From: Guillardia theta CCMP2712
Lineage: Eukaryota > Protista > Cryptophyta
DNA: 64,000 nucleotides
Assembly: GCF_000315625.1 (NCBI RefSeq)
Contig: NW_005434626.1
Location: forward strand, 383,448 to 447,447
Reading direction: 5' to 3'
Shown here: piece by piece, positions 27,428 to 41,102 of the stretch
Layout of the letters: every line of letters starts with the position of its first letter
How positions within the stretch are numbered: position 1 is the first letter of the stretch
Notes under the pieces: generated by a model
Seen by the model: only the letters and a program-made list of their open reading frames with translations
Database searches by the model: none
Told to the model about the DNA's origin: nothing
Made by a program: the position numbers and the translations under genes

Positions 27428-27599
27428 AGGACCTGGCCCGAGTCTCTTCTTACCTGCCAGTGATTGAAAGCAGAAAAACTTGACGATCTTGACGATCTTC
27501 TCTTGTCATAATAAGATAGTATGACTCAGTGATCGTAGACTCGACTTCTCTCCTGATCGGATTGTCCTCGTACTCAAACTTAACTTTTGAGTAACTTCA

Positions 27600-27950
27600 A
27601 GGCTCCCGGCGCCCGGCAGCGAATCACTCCGATCACGGACGACGGTCGTCACGATAACCGTTGAACTGTCACAGTGTGCCGCAATACCGGGCCGACTCGT
27701 GACTTGATTTGATCAGGGGGCCCCGCCAGGCCCGCGCCGGTGGCTGCCACGGACCCGAGTGAGCGCCGCGCGACCTCCGAGGCCGCCGGGCCTCTCAGTC
27801 ACCCCCCCCCAGCGCTCCCTAAGGGCCCACGGGCCTTTTAATCCCCCCCCCCCCCCCCCCCCCGGGGGCCCGGTGGCCGCACTCTGGCAGCGCCGGGCGG
27901 CCCGCCGAGTCCGATCACTGAGTCCGGACTCGGTCCTGCGATACCTTCCC
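27600..27950. promoter_or_regulatory. GC-rich island upstream of the SET gene
   Basis: Island vocabulary (gatcactgagtccgg) plus a poly-C tract. Confidence 0.4.
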
Positions 27951-28184
27951 TTTGTCCTACCTTATGACAGAAGACCGAACGCTTGTCATGACGATGCGGT
28001 GGCATGGCAATAGAGCAGACGAGCATGAACGACAAGCCTGAGAGAAGAGGAGAGGTAGAGGAGGAGAGGAGAGGTAGAGGAGGAGAGGAGAGGTAGAGGA
28101 GGAGAGGAGGAGAGGTAGAGGAGGAGAGGAGGAGAGAGGTAGAGGAGATAGAAAGAGGAGAAGACGGAAAGTCAGCGCGTCATC

Positions 28185-29658
28185 ATGATGGCGAGGAGGA
28201 AGCAGACGAAGGACCTCGACTCTTCTTCCTTCCATGATCATCCTGGACATGGCAGGAGGAGCATTCTTGTACACTTGATCCTTGCTATCAGAACCAAACC
28301 CAACGTGTTTCTTGCTCTCGCCTTCGTCGTCGCGGCTTCTTTCTTCGGTGTCTACACGCTCAACACTCACGCGTCCACAATTCGTTATGCGGGTGCTCGT
28401 CGACATCAACGGAGTGCGCAAGAGATCTTCGGGTATGCCTTGGTAGATCCTGATGATTGCGGGACAGACACTGAGGTGATGTCCTCCTCCTCCTCTGCCC
28501 TGCTCTCGATTCTCGCTCGCTGTAATCACGGGATTTTGCAGCGGGTGATCAACGTTTTTCGATGGGCGAAGAAGCATGGAGCCTTCATCCATCCCAACAT
28601 CACCACTAAGATGTTCCCCATCCCAGGCAAGCCCTTGCTCTCAAGATCCTTGACATTTTCGCTGGATCTTAGTGACAGGTATGGACAGGCGTGAAAGATG
28701 TCAAGGTGAGAGGAATCATGGCAACGAGTCCTATCAAGTATGGGAGGATTGTTTTCATGATCCCTGACTCCTTGCTGCTTACCATGAGGTATAGCTGCGA
28801 CTGAATGTTTGCAAGCTGCACTGACGAGAGCGAAACCAGCAAGATTAAGCACCACCATGTGCTAGGGCAAGTCTACAATGACACTATTCAACTTCACGAT
28901 GGTACTCCTACTCCTCTGCTCCTTTTATGACATTTCCCCCTGCAGCCATAGGCGCGCTTGCGGTGTTTCTATTGCTTGAGTCTCAAAACAAGAGTTCCTT
29001 CTGGAGGCCATACCTTTGCTCCCTCCCGAAGCACGTCCCGCTCCCCATGTTCTACTCCAAGGAGAGGCGACAACAGCTGAAAGAACAGCTCCCGGAGGAT
29101 CAGAGGGTGAAGTTCGACGCGCTGGTGGAGGCAAGGAGGGATGTGGTGGACTTGCACTACATGCAGCTTCTCCCCGTCCTCTTCCTCAAGTACCCAACGC
29201 TCTTCTCCCCTGAGGTCTTCTCCTACGAGAAGTTCGCATGGGCTATCAGCATTATCATGTCGAGGACCTGGGGCAAGACTTACTTCGACTCTGCTCTGGG
29301 CCCTAGAGGAAGAAACATCACCGTCCACACTCTCGCGCCAGCTGCCGACATGCCCAACCACGACTCTTCGGGTCTAGAAGCCAACAGGGACCCACGGGGA
29401 AGGATGACTTTGAATGCTCAGAAGAATCTCAGTGTAGGCGAACAGTTCTTCATATCCTATGGCAGCAAGTGCGATGCCGAGTTCCTGGCTCACTACGGCT
29501 TCGTTCCGTTCAACAACAGCCACAAGAGATGCAAGGGCCGCGTGTACAGCGAGGGAGATCCGAACATGGGGGGCCACGACTCCAACGTCACGGCATGGCG
29601 GAAGAAATGGAGGAAATCTCTATCCTTGTATCACGCTCTTGTAAGGAAAGCTCGGTGA
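28185..29658 (+). CDS. SET-domain (SETD3/LSMT-like) methyltransferase with N-terminal transmembrane anchor
   Basis: VFLALAFVVAASFFGVY transmembrane stretch; FRWAKKHGA, VRGIMAT, SSFWRPYLCSLP, FAWAISIIMSR, LAPAADMPNH, GEQFFISYG..LAHYGFV. Confidence 0.88.
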
Positions 29659-30020
29659 CCAGTCTGACTCTTTGCTGGCCTACCAACACTGATGACTGTA
29701 CAGGCGAGAAGGCAAAGATGCTTTGAAGAATCTCCTCGAATCATCAAGGGTCAAGAGTTTGCAGACCGCAGCGCAGAAGATTGTGATGGCAAGGTTACAG
29801 TAGGAGGAGTTCAGCTCTTGATGATCGTCAGAGTGACTTCGTGGAGGTGATTGTAGATAATGGATAGGAAGCACATCCAGACCAGAGATCAGAGCATGAT
29901 GATTTTACTGCTTGCTAAAGAGGGAAAGATTAAGGGTGTTGCTGACCAGCACAGGAGGAGCCTATAGATTAAAATTAAGGGGAAAGGAGAACGATGAATA
30001 TAGTTTCTGCTTGTCTTTAA

Positions 30021-30499
<479 letters not shown>

Positions 30500-31272
30500 T
30501 AAGATGTATTGAAGTATGGTATCAATTTCTCTCGTACAAATAGTTATCAAAATGCAAACATAATTAGCTTCAGTTACAGCTCTAAATTAGTTATTCTAAT
30601 AATCTTGTATGCTAACGTCATTTTCAAAAACTGATATAGATGCTATATTATAGTTTTAAAATAATTGGATGTGGTTGTGTTGGTTTTACAACTACTATTA
30701 AACCTTAGAAAGTTGTTGTGATATTAAAACAGTTGTAAAAGAGTTTGCCTGCCGGTTACAGGCGAGCATGGCGTGTGGGAGCAAACAGAGAAGAATGTTG
30801 GCGGGAGGAGGAAGGGAGGGCGGGGAGGAGGGGAAGAGGAGAGGCAGGGAGGAAGTTGGAACGATGAGGACAGATGGATCGATTATGATCTGTAGGAGGA
30901 TGATGAAGAGACTCAAACATAAGTTGGAAAAGGCCAGTAGTACTATGGAGCACAAGAAAACAATGTTGCAGAGAAAAATGAAAAGGAAACTATTGTTGGC
31001 ACACGAGATGTTGTTCAATGTGACATGCAAGATGGTGCTTTAAAAATCCAGGATGTTATGACCCCATGTTTCATGCTTCAATGAAAACATGATTCTCCCA
31101 CATTCGTATCTTTGAGCAAGTTTGAACGTGAATTGAACGAAAAAGATATGAACATAATTGAAGGAGAAAATCTCACAAGACGATTTTCATTCAATGTGAC
31201 TGACATGTCGTGTGTGTTGTTGTGTTGATTTCCATGGCAAAAGAAGCTACATCTAACGATGCTCCAACGTAG

Positions 31273-31833
31273 ATGTCCGGACAAGAGGGGCTTACATCGA
31301 AGGTTTCAAGTCTACATGTTGATGTAGATGAGTCAGAACACATCGAGGTTGAGATCAGGGGAGCAAGGAGCAAGGAAGTCATCCCGAAGAGTCTGGTCTG
31401 CCGGCTCCAGAGGAAGAAGACAGTGAAGGATCTCAAAGAGGAGCTGAAGCAGTGTCCTGAGATCACTAGCCATGAGCTCTTGGACAACAACATCAAGTTT
31501 GTGTTCGAAGGGAGGAGTATCTCAGACAACGAGACTTTGCTGTCTCTCATGAAGAACGAGCTGGATACAACCATCACTTTCTATGCTGTCTTCTGCGACA
31601 AGATGCCTCCCTCTCCCTCCCCCAAGGCTGCATCCTCCTCCTCCGCCCCCTCCTCCGCCCCCTCCTCCGCTCCTTTCTCCCCAGTTGCAGGCAGCAGTGC
31701 TCCTCCTCCCACTCCAGGGTCGCCGAAGTGGCTGGAGGAGGTGAAGGCAAAAGTTGAGCTCAACATGAGGAAAGCTTTCTACGACCTACTGGAGAATGCT
31801 CTGAACCCTGAGGTAACGAAGGAGGGAGACGGG

Positions 31834-31867
<34 letters not shown>

Positions 31868-34617
31868 CAACAGGAGCAGGAGCAGGAGCAGGAGCAGCAA
31901 CTGGAACAGGAGCACGAGCAGGAGCAGAGTACTAGCAGTATTAGAAGAGAGAAGGGAGAGAAGGAGGAGGAGATTTCTTCATCTCCGTCCCTCCATATTC
32001 TCAGGGAGCGTTCTGGGCTGTAGCTGACATGGCGAACAGAAGCCGGACTACGACTGGATCGTTCGCCTGTACGAGGAGATGAGAGACCGGCTATGTGCTC
32101 TCACTCCCCGTCGTCAAGACATCAGAGAAGAGATCTATGAGAAGATGGACTCTTCGCTCTTTCAGCAGATGCTTGTCAACAATGCCTTTGAGGTGGTTGA
32201 CCTCCAGGTGCGATCCAATCAACATCATCCTCCCTCCCTCCCTCCCTCCCTCCCTCCCTCCCTCATTCCTTTTCTCCTGCTCCTCCTGCTTCTCCTGCTC
32301 TTACACTCCCTCCTCATTCTCTTGCTCGTGTTAATGATGATGATCATAATGGTGATGTTCATGTCGACTACGGATATGACATCGCTGTCTCATAGCTGTG
32401 CTCCTGCTGCGCTTCCTGTCGCTCATTCGCACGTTGCAGAATTTGGTTGGTTTCACGTTTGCAAGGCTGCAGTCCCTCTGCTCGCCAGCTCGAGACGAAG
32501 AGATCATGGAAAGGCGGAGGCAGCTAGAGGAGATGATTGCACAGCCTGACTTGTCCTTCGGGAAGGTGAGCAAGGAGGAGAACGAGGAGGGAGGAAGACG
32601 AAGACCCGGGGGAAGGAGGGAGGGAGGGAGGAGGAGGAGGAGGAAGAGGAGGAGGAGGAGGAGGGAGTTCTTTGATGTTGACGTGAATTTGCAGTTCGTT
32701 GCCTGTTATCTTAAGTTCTTTCACGTGACGGTCGATGACATCGAGAAAGATATCGAGGTCCCGCGTTGCTCCTTGTGACTTGGTTGAGTTGAGTTGCTCT
32801 CGCCAGGCCTTCAAGAGTCAAGTACAGTCAGGATCGTTTTCTCCCCAGCAATCTCCAAACCCGAAGCCTTCAACTCCTTCCGCTTCATCGGTGTGTGGTT
32901 CAGAGGATGATTGTTGTTGTTGTTGTTGTGGTGGTGGTGGTGGTGGTGGTGGTGTTGATGGTGTTGTTGTTGTTGTTGATGATGATGGTGTTGATGATGG
33001 TTTCGTTGATGGTGTAACGGAGGCAACTCGCAGGAAATTCTGTCGCCCAACACAACCAGTGCCATCAAGGACATCAAGATGAAGCTGAGGCAGCTGGGGG
33101 TGGCAGAGGAGAAGATCAGCGGATGCGTCGAGAAGAGGGTAGGAGGAGGAGAGGGCAACATCGTGGATGAAGGGGGAAGAGGGAGGGAGGCAACAGAAAG
33201 AGGATTGCAAGGAGCAAGGAGGAGAGAGAGGAGAAGGATTTTGTTGCTGATTGCATGGCAGGAACTTCTTGCTCTCCTTGATCAGGCGACTGGACGAGTA
33301 GCTGGAGAAGTGACGGGGCTGAGGTGAGGAGGGGAGGGAGAGGAAGGAGATAGGGAGGGAGGCAGGGGAGGATGCGAACGCGGGAGGAGGAGGGAGGCAT
33401 TCTCTTACATGCTTGTGCCCAGGTCTCAACGTCAATCGACCAACAGGAGGTGAAATCATGTGCCGCTGCCTGAACCTTCTTCTCCTTCCCCGCCCACTTC
33501 CCTTTCCTTCTCCTCCTCCTCTTTTCCTTCCGTTTCCCTTCTCCCTCCCCCCCTTCCCTTTCCTTATCCTCCTCCCTTTCCACCAGCCGACTCCCATTTG
33601 CCTTCTGCTACTCATGTTTGCTTCAGCCTCAACTTCGAGCCGGAGAACGAAGATCAAGAAGAGCAAGGTGTCGAATTCTCTCTATCTTGCTTCCGCCTCC
33701 ATCTTCTCTCCTCTCCCTCCCTCCTCCCCTCTGTCTCCCCTTCCTTCCTCCTCCCTCCTCTCCCTCCCTCCTCCCTCTTCCCTCCTCCACTTGCTTCTTG
33801 TTTCCTTCCCTTCTACCTCCACTTCTCGTCTGACTTGCTCCAGGATCGAAGGTGGAGGTGACTTTCAAGATTATGCAGCGGGCTGGAGACAACCTCCCTC
33901 CTGTCACTTCCATCCCCCTAGACTCGTCTAGTACCGTGTCTGCGGTATCCTCCCTCTCCTCTCTCTCCTTCTCTCTCCTGCCCGCCCTCTTCTCTCCTCT
34001 CCTCTCCTCTCCTCTCCTCTCCTCTCCTCTCTTCTCATCTCCTCTCCTCTCCTCTCCTCTCTTCTCCTCTCCTCTCTGCCCTCTCTTCTCTGCTTCTCCT
34101 CCTCCTGCCCTCTCTTCTCTTTCTCCCATCTCCTTTCTCCCCTTTGCTCCCTTTCCTTCTCACCCGGCGGCAGATGAAAACTTCACTGGCTAGCAAGATA
34201 CCGCTTCCTGACATCGCACACGTTCGCCTGGTTCGCTGACTCCTCCTCGTCCTCCTCCTCTTACCGCTGCCTGTAGGTTCACGCTGGTCGGGTCCTTGAG
34301 GAAGATGTTCTCTTGTCCTCTCTGATTTCTTCAACGACGGTGAGTGAAATTTTCCTCTCCTCTCCCTCTCCCTCTTCCTCCTCTCCCTCTCCCTCTTCCT
34401 CCTCTCCCTCTCCTCCTCCCGCCTCCTTCTTGCCGCCTTTCGCCCTCCCCCCTTCCTACCGCCTTGTCCCCCCTCTGACTCAGTGCAGGAGGGGATCAGC
34501 ATCCTCGTCGTTCTTCCTCGCAGGACCTCGGACGTCAAGGTGTCTCCCTCCTCCCCGGAGACCTGCAAGCAGCCCTCCCCGTCGTGCGCGGTCGAGGAAG
34601 AGACGGTGACCGGTTGA
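31273..34617 (+). CDS. Ubiquitin-like + partial TCP11 + SAP/ARMET-C-like + second ubiquitin-like domain protein
   Basis: Ubl 1: TVKDLKEEL..IKFVFEGRSISDNETL. TCP11: MRKAFYDLL..MRDRLCALTP..LQSLCSPARDE. SAP-like: IKDIKMKLRQLGV..GCVEKRELLALL. Ubl 2: STVSAMKTSL..VRLVHAGRVLEEDVLL. Confidence 0.72.
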
Positions 34618-34767
34618 CGACAACAAGGAGGAAGGAGTCGCGAGGAGGAGGAGGAGGAGGAGGAGGAGGAGGAGGGGGAGATAATTTAAGGATTACGAGT
34701 AGATTTTGTTTTAATTTACATCTGAATAATGCACATATAATACCACGATCTAGATAGACATACATAT

Positions 34768-36141
34768 TCACAGTGACAACTTTGCCCTCACCAGAGAAGA
34801 ATCCTCTTCTCCGATATGATTGTAACACCTCAACCTGTTCAAACTTTGTCTTCTGAACATGTTCAATTCAAGGTGTTGCTCTTCAATGATCTTCTCTTTC
34901 TTTTTCAGCTCATTCTGCATTCTTCTGATCATTGACAACAACTCCTCTTTCTGCTGCATCATAACATCTTCAAGATCAACCTGAGACCAACCTGCTTCTG
35001 ACATCACGCTCGTGTCGTTTCTCCCATATTCTTCCTCGTGCACATTGACATCATCGACAGTTTCTGTCTTGTCGAACAGTCCAGGAAAGGATTCATAAGA
35101 TTCCTCAATTTCTTTGTTCACCTCACACTGGAACAAACTGTTGTCGTTGCATTCCAAGTTGGCATCACCCTCAGTATTGCAAGCTACATCTTTGCTCCCA
35201 CCGATGGGATTCTCTGCTATCGTAGCATCTGCACTCTGAGCATTTTCTGACATCCTCCAGCCGTTGTCGCCGACCTCCTCATCGGATGATCCTTCCTTGT
35301 CATTGTTGAGATCGTCTTCCAGCACAACATTCACGTCCCTGTTCGAGTCAAACTCCGAGTCCATCATGTGCGTGAAGAGAAACTCTTCGCAGAGAGCAAT
35401 CTCAACTTGGCGCGGCCTCTGCTTCATGCTGCTCTTACAAACATCCTCGGCCGCCGAGATCTTCGACGCTTCTCTGTTGAGTTTCCAAGAGAAGAAGAAG
35501 AAATTCGTCAAGTCTCGATCTCCTTGCTTCCAAAGAAAGTTGCTCAGTCTCTCCAACCTCCTGCTCTCCTGCCTCTCAACCTTCCATGCGCCCACACAGC
35601 TCGACAGCAGATCCCTTCTGCTCCCGCATCGTCGCTCCTCAACGCTCAGCCTGGTGTCTAGCATGCTCGTGGTGTGGGACCTCCACACGTGGAAGGACTT
35701 GGCAAGAGCCACTTCACCTGAAGGCCCGGAAGCGAAAAGATCCTCAACTAACCCGTCCTCGCCCTCACCCTGCTCTTCTTCCCCGTTCCCTCCCTCCTCG
35801 TCCTCGTCCTCGTCTTCGTCCTCGTGCTCGTGCTCGTCTTGTGTTTGCAGATAGTGAGTGCAGGCTTCTCTGAGATGGTCTTGCAGCTGCGAAAGCTCTT
35901 CTTCTTCCCTCAATAGGCTACACAAGAGTTCATCCGCCATGCTCTCCTCAGCATCGGAGAGCATGCTGGTATCGTTCTCCCCCAGGCTGGCCGTCTGACG
36001 AGGAGAGAACAAGAGCTGGCGCAAGGGAAGCGAGAGGTCGGAGTGTCTCGTCAGGATTGGGCCTTTTGGGCTTGGAGTTGAAAAGATCTCGCTCAAGTGA
36101 GTCTCATGCAATGAAAGCACAGGCATTGTACCCGACGGCAT
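34768..36141 (-). CDS. Hypothetical acidic/coiled-coil protein with Sfi1-like Trp repeats; 5' exons uncertain
   Basis: 457-aa exon with KSFHVWRSHT, SSCVGAWK and FFFSWK spaced about 31-33 aa apart, plus a C-terminal coiled coil. Confidence 0.55.
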   Translation of the reverse strand: MPSGTMPVLSLHETHLSEIFSTPSPKGPILTRHSDLSLPLRQLLFSPRQTASLGENDTSMLSDAEESMADELLCSLLREEEELSQLQDHLREACTHYLQTQDEHEHEDEDEDEDEEGGNGEEEQGEGEDGLVEDLFASGPSGEVALAKSFHVWRSHTTSMLDTRLSVEERRCGSRRDLLSSCVGAWKVERQESRRLERLSNFLWKQGDRDLTNFFFFSWKLNREASKISAAEDVCKSSMKQRPRQVEIALCEEFLFTHMMDSEFDSNRDVNVVLEDDLNNDKEGSSDEEVGDNGWRMSENAQSADATIAENPIGGSKDVACNTEGDANLECNDNSLFQCEVNKEIEESYESFPGLFDKTETVDDVNVHEEEYGRNDTSVMSEAGWSQVDLEDVMMQQKEELLSMIRRMQNELKKKEKIIEEQHLELNMFRRQSLNRLRCYNHIGEEDSSLVRAKLSL

Positions 36142-37049
36142 GCTGTGGTATGTGATTACAGAAAGATTGAAGTAGCAGTTGTTTCCTTGAACGTGCTGCT
36201 CTTAGCTTACCCTTTCCACTCTGTTTCTCCTCTCCTCGCTACTCCTTCTCTTCTCTTCTCTTCTCTTCTCTTCTCTTCTCTTCTTCTCTTCTCTTCTCTT
36301 CTCTCCTCTCCTCTCCTCTCCTCTCCTCTCCTCTCCTCTCCTCTCCTCTCTTCTCCTCTCTTGGCTCTTGCAGATTTTCTTCCCCTTGACCTCGTCACTG
36401 GGCGCCCGTATCACATAAAAATAAGTCAATCCTGCAATATGTTTATAATTATATAACTCAAAAAAATTGAAATACAAATTTTAAATCTAATGTTCCACAA
36501 AAATGGGCTAAAAGTAATTAAGCGGGGACTGGTCAATCAAAACACGCTCTTTCGCAGATTTCCCCGAGAGTTCCTGTAAGCCCCACCCCCCCAACCACCC
36601 AATGCTACCCCTATCTACTTCTGCACATGCTGAGCTCTATTCAGACCGGTGAGAAACGAGGGCAAATGAGGGGTCAGGGGTGCTGTTGATCGGCGCATGG
36701 TAGCAGTGTACTGGGGCCGCAGGCCTCTTCATTCTTAGAAACAATTTTAAATCCGAACCTCTTTTACACGAAAATGAATCTTTTCGTGCTTGTTTCTGTC
36801 TCTTGCCGTTTGAGCACCCTCTATCCAGAAGATCTCATAGAAGTGTTTCCCAAAACACTTTTAAGAAACTGAAGCTAAAAATGAACTATTAAAACAGTTT
36901 TTTTCCAGATCAACCTTCAAGATGCCGTATCTCTCCTACTGGTTTGTCCTTTATAAATGTTTTAATATTAATACTGATGTTTTAATATCGGAGCTCCGGG
37001 TACGCCTCGGGTCTGATGTTACAGATCTGAAACGCAGGGATTCATCATC

Positions 37050-37750
37050 TTAACCGACGATGACGAAGCCGGCAGGACCGGGCCCGGGAATCACTGAGCC
37101 GGGCCCGGACACTGGGACTCAACTGAATGTCGCAAGTTTGACAAGCCTGAGGTCAACGGTCGCCCCCGGCTGCGGCGGCAGTGCAGTGCGATCGTCATGG
37201 TCATCCCGGTGGTACCGCAGACTGGCAGTGATGAGGCGACATGGCCGACCAAACTGACATGATGGCACCACGGACTCGATCAGTATGCCGCGGAGTCCGT
37301 CCGCCGATGTGAGTCCGTCAGTGACGTCACCCGGAGTCAAGTCGTTCAACGAGTACGGTACGGTCGCCGACTGGTTCGACTCGATCCGCCCGCTCAGCCG
37401 ATGATGCCATGCAATGATTCGAAATCATTCAACTTTGGAAGCCTCGTCAGGCTCCCCGGGCGTCCAATGATGCCAGGGACGGTGACGCCGTCAGTACGGT
37501 CAGCGGGGGACTCACTGAGTACTGAACTCGGAACAACTGTCACAAGACCGTGGCTGAGACGGTCAGACTGACTGCCATCACCGTGCAACGAAGTTAGTCG
37601 GCAGTGTGGGCCTACTCAGTCGCCGTCAGTGTAGTGGCAGCGGCACGGGCTGACTCAGCAACTGATTGAGAAACGAAGGCGAGTCTACAGTAGTCTGAGT
37701 ACAGAGTACAGCGATCAGCGCTCGCTGCTCAGGCGCATGCTCGGCAGTAG
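37050..37750. promoter_or_regulatory. Island between divergently transcribed genes
   Basis: Rich in actgag/ctcagt/gtacggt words, with no credible ORF. Confidence 0.4.
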
Positions 37751-37851
37751 TAGGGGAGGAGGACTCTCCTGGAAGGAACAATCCGGGCACTGTCACTGCA
37801 AGTTAGGGAGAGGACTGCAAGGCGAGGGCGAGAGGGAGAAATTGAAAGAAG

Positions 37852-37967
37852 ATGGACACGGATACGGTTGAAATGGATGGATTAGACTACTTGATTGCAT
37901 CGAAAGAATTTTGTGCAGATACTTGATATGAACTTTGATGATATACAATCTTTGCTCACTAGTATGA

Positions 37968-38037
<70 letters not shown>

Positions 38038-41000
38038 AGGAGGATATACACTACAAGTAAGGAACTCAACTAGAAGGAGGATGAACAAAGTCCATGGGTG
38101 GGTCAAGAAAGAAAACTATTCGCGAACCGTTCTTGGCACGTCTGATCCGACATGTCGAGCAATGATGGGGCTCAACTCTGACATGTTGTGTATGCAGGAC
38201 CTGTCGTATGCTACCTCAGCGTTGACGAGCTAGAGCTGAGCTGGAGGAGGTCGAGGATGCAGACGCCTCTGACGAGGGAGGTGCAGCAATGGCTGGGGGA
38301 TCCGCTCGATAGGATAGTGGCCATCCCTTTCCGTTCTCTCCATGGCAGACCGCTGCTCGCCGTCTCTTCGCAGTTGAGGAGAGAGGAGAAGGGAGAGGCG
38401 AGGGCGGGAGACGAGGAGACAAGAATCAAGGTTCGGGTGACGGTGAGATCAGAGACGTCGCAAGATGCTGAGGGTCCACGAAGACGACTTCCTTCTCATC
38501 CGACTCCTCACGCGACTGTTGGGAGAGGAGGAAGAGAGGAGAGCAAGCAGGTGAATGGAAAGAAAGGAAGAAGCAGTTCAGGGAAGGTGGACAGTCGGAC
38601 AAGCTCAGTGGTAGAACAGGGGGGTGAGAGGGGAGTTCGAAGTGCGAGCGAGGAGGAGGAGGTGGAGGGAGGGAGGGAGCAAGAACGCGTGAAAGAAGTG
38701 AGCCAAGTGTTGAAGAGAGGAGGTGAAGAAAGAGAGACAGCCAAGGCAGGGAAGGACAAGGAGACCGGAGACAAGTTGTACAAGCATCTCAGAGTGAAGG
38801 AGACATCATATCTCAAGGACATTGTTACTGATCCGCACCTGATGAGAAGCAAGAATGATGAATTCACAATCATGATGCGGGAAAAGTCTCGCAAGGAAGC
38901 GTTGGAGGAGTTGGAGGTAACTCTGCAGACTTTGTCGTCCCCAAGTGAGAATTTTCTTGCAAGTTGAAGAAGATGGAGAAGATGAAGAAGATGAAATACA
39001 AGAGCAGTTTGATGGAACAGATGGATGAAATGCGATTGAAGGCTAGATATGAGATGGACCAGAAAGATCAGGAGAAGCAGCAAATCATCAAGTAAGTCAA
39101 TCTCATTCCACCACCTCTACCATTCACACACCATTACTTGCGTGCCTAGTCCCACTCCATCCTCTCATCCAGTAACTCAACTTTCTCTTTCACTTCTTCC
39201 TCTTTCATATTCCACCACCACCTCCTCCTCGTTCCACCCTTCGTTGTCCTCCTTGCTTCATAGTTACGTTATCTCCCTTGCCTCACAACTTGTCGCAGCA
39301 AGCTAAGAGATGAAGCGCTCCAACATCATCGCAAACAGATGGAGAGCCTGCAGCGCAAGGAATCTCTTGCAAGAGACATCCGAAGCGCCATCGCCATGGT
39401 CCTCTTCTCCCCCCCCCCCCCCTCCTCCTCCTCCTCCTCCTCTCCCCTCCTCCTCTCCCTCCTCCTCTTCCGCTTCTTCCTCCCGTCTCACCCTCATCGC
39501 ACTGCAGGAGCATCAAGAAATCCAGCGAGAAATGGCGGTGTCGAAGATGAGGGCAAAACAAGATCGTAAGAGGTGGGAGGAGGAGGAGGAGGAGGAGGAG
39601 GAAAGATTGACACGGAAGTAGTAGAGGAGGGAAGAGGATGAGGAGTAGAAGAAAAGATGGTCGCTGAAATAGAGACGAGGACGAGAACGAGGACAGGGAC
39701 AAAGATGAGGACGAGGACGAGGACAGGGACGAGGACGAGGAGGTGGTGCAAAGAGGGAAGGGGAGGCTGAGAGGCATGAGAGGAGGAGAGTGACTTATCA
39801 GCGGGAAGGTTCGAAGAGGAGATGAAGCAGGAGGAGCTGCAACTCAGAGCAGCCCAGGAAGCTGCAAAGAGAGAGAGAGACCGCGCGCATGTCGAGAACG
39901 CCAAGATCGCCGAGGAGGTTCGTCGAAGGGAGGGGGAGAGGAGAGGAGAGGAGAGGAGAGAACAGGAGGGGAAAAGAGAGCAGGGGCAGGAGCAGGGGCA
40001 GGGGCAGGGGCAGGAGCAGGGGCAGGAGCAGGGGCAGGGGCAGGAGCACGAGGAGGGGAAGGAGCTGATTCGTCTTTGGTGTGCTGAAATTTTTTGGCAG
40101 AAGTTGACGGCAGCAAGGATGGAGGCGATGGAGGAGGTCAAGATGCAGAGAGAGCTCATGGAGACGTTGAAGAAGAGGGAGGAAATGCGTGAGAAAGAGA
40201 TGTTAGAGAGACAGAAGAAGATCAAACAGCGAGAGGTCAATTGATTTCTCCTCTCCTCTTCTCTCTCCTCCTCTCCCCTCCCCTCTCGCTTTCCCGTCGT
40301 TCTCATGATCACTCTGCTCTGTTCCAGGCCGCAAGCGCAACCTTCTTCCAAGACGCAGCGTCAAGAAGCAGAGAAGCGGAGGTCAGGATCGCGCTACAGA
40401 ACCAGGTTGGTCCTGCTGCTCTTGTGTCTTGTTGACGGGGATGTCAGGAGAGGATGAAGGAGGAGGCAGACAAGGAGGTGCAAGATAAGAGGGACAAGAA
40501 GGAGAGGACGCGGGAGTATTGCCAGGCGAGCCAACCCTCCTCTCTTCCTCTTATCTGCTGCGCTGATGCCTTTCAGGACCTGAGATTACAAATGGAAGAA
40601 ATCTATAAGAAGCAGGAGGAGGAGAGGGCACGCGAGAGGAGGGAAGCAGCAAAGATCAAAAGGCATGGCACCCTCACCTTGTCTTGCTCTCCTTCTCTCC
40701 TCTCTCTCCCTCTCACCTTGTCTCGCTCTCCTTCTCTCTTCTCTCTCCCTCACCTTGACTCGCTCTCCTTCTCTCCTCTCTCTCCCTCACCTTGTCTCAG
40801 GTTGTACGAGCATGCGCTAGAGCAGGACAAGCTGCTGGCGCGTGAGAGGAGGGAGCGAGCCATGGACAACGACCTCCTAGTGAGGCAGCAGGCCCGCGCA
40901 GAGAGAGAGTTCATAGCGCGAGGAGCAGGTACGACTTGTGTTGGGTCGCCATAACATGTCACAAGCTGAGCAGGACGATATGGTTTGAGCCAACACGAGT

Positions 41001-41100
41001 ACCAAGTGACTTCGAGTTTGTTCAGTTCACTCTGACAACCATCTCATAAAGCTGTAAATAACAAGCACACGCGAGTAGCAGTTGCAAGCACTACAAGTAC
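37852..41100 (+). CDS. Trichohyalin-plectin-homology (TPH)-like coiled-coil protein (CFAP45/CFAP53/MNS1-like flagellar protein)
   Basis: Many E/K/R/Q-rich exons (YKSSLMEQM, YCQDLRLQM, LVRQQA) and a C-terminal GLSQHEYQ|LNK motif. Ends approximate. Confidence 0.55.
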
Positions 41101-41102
41101 AA

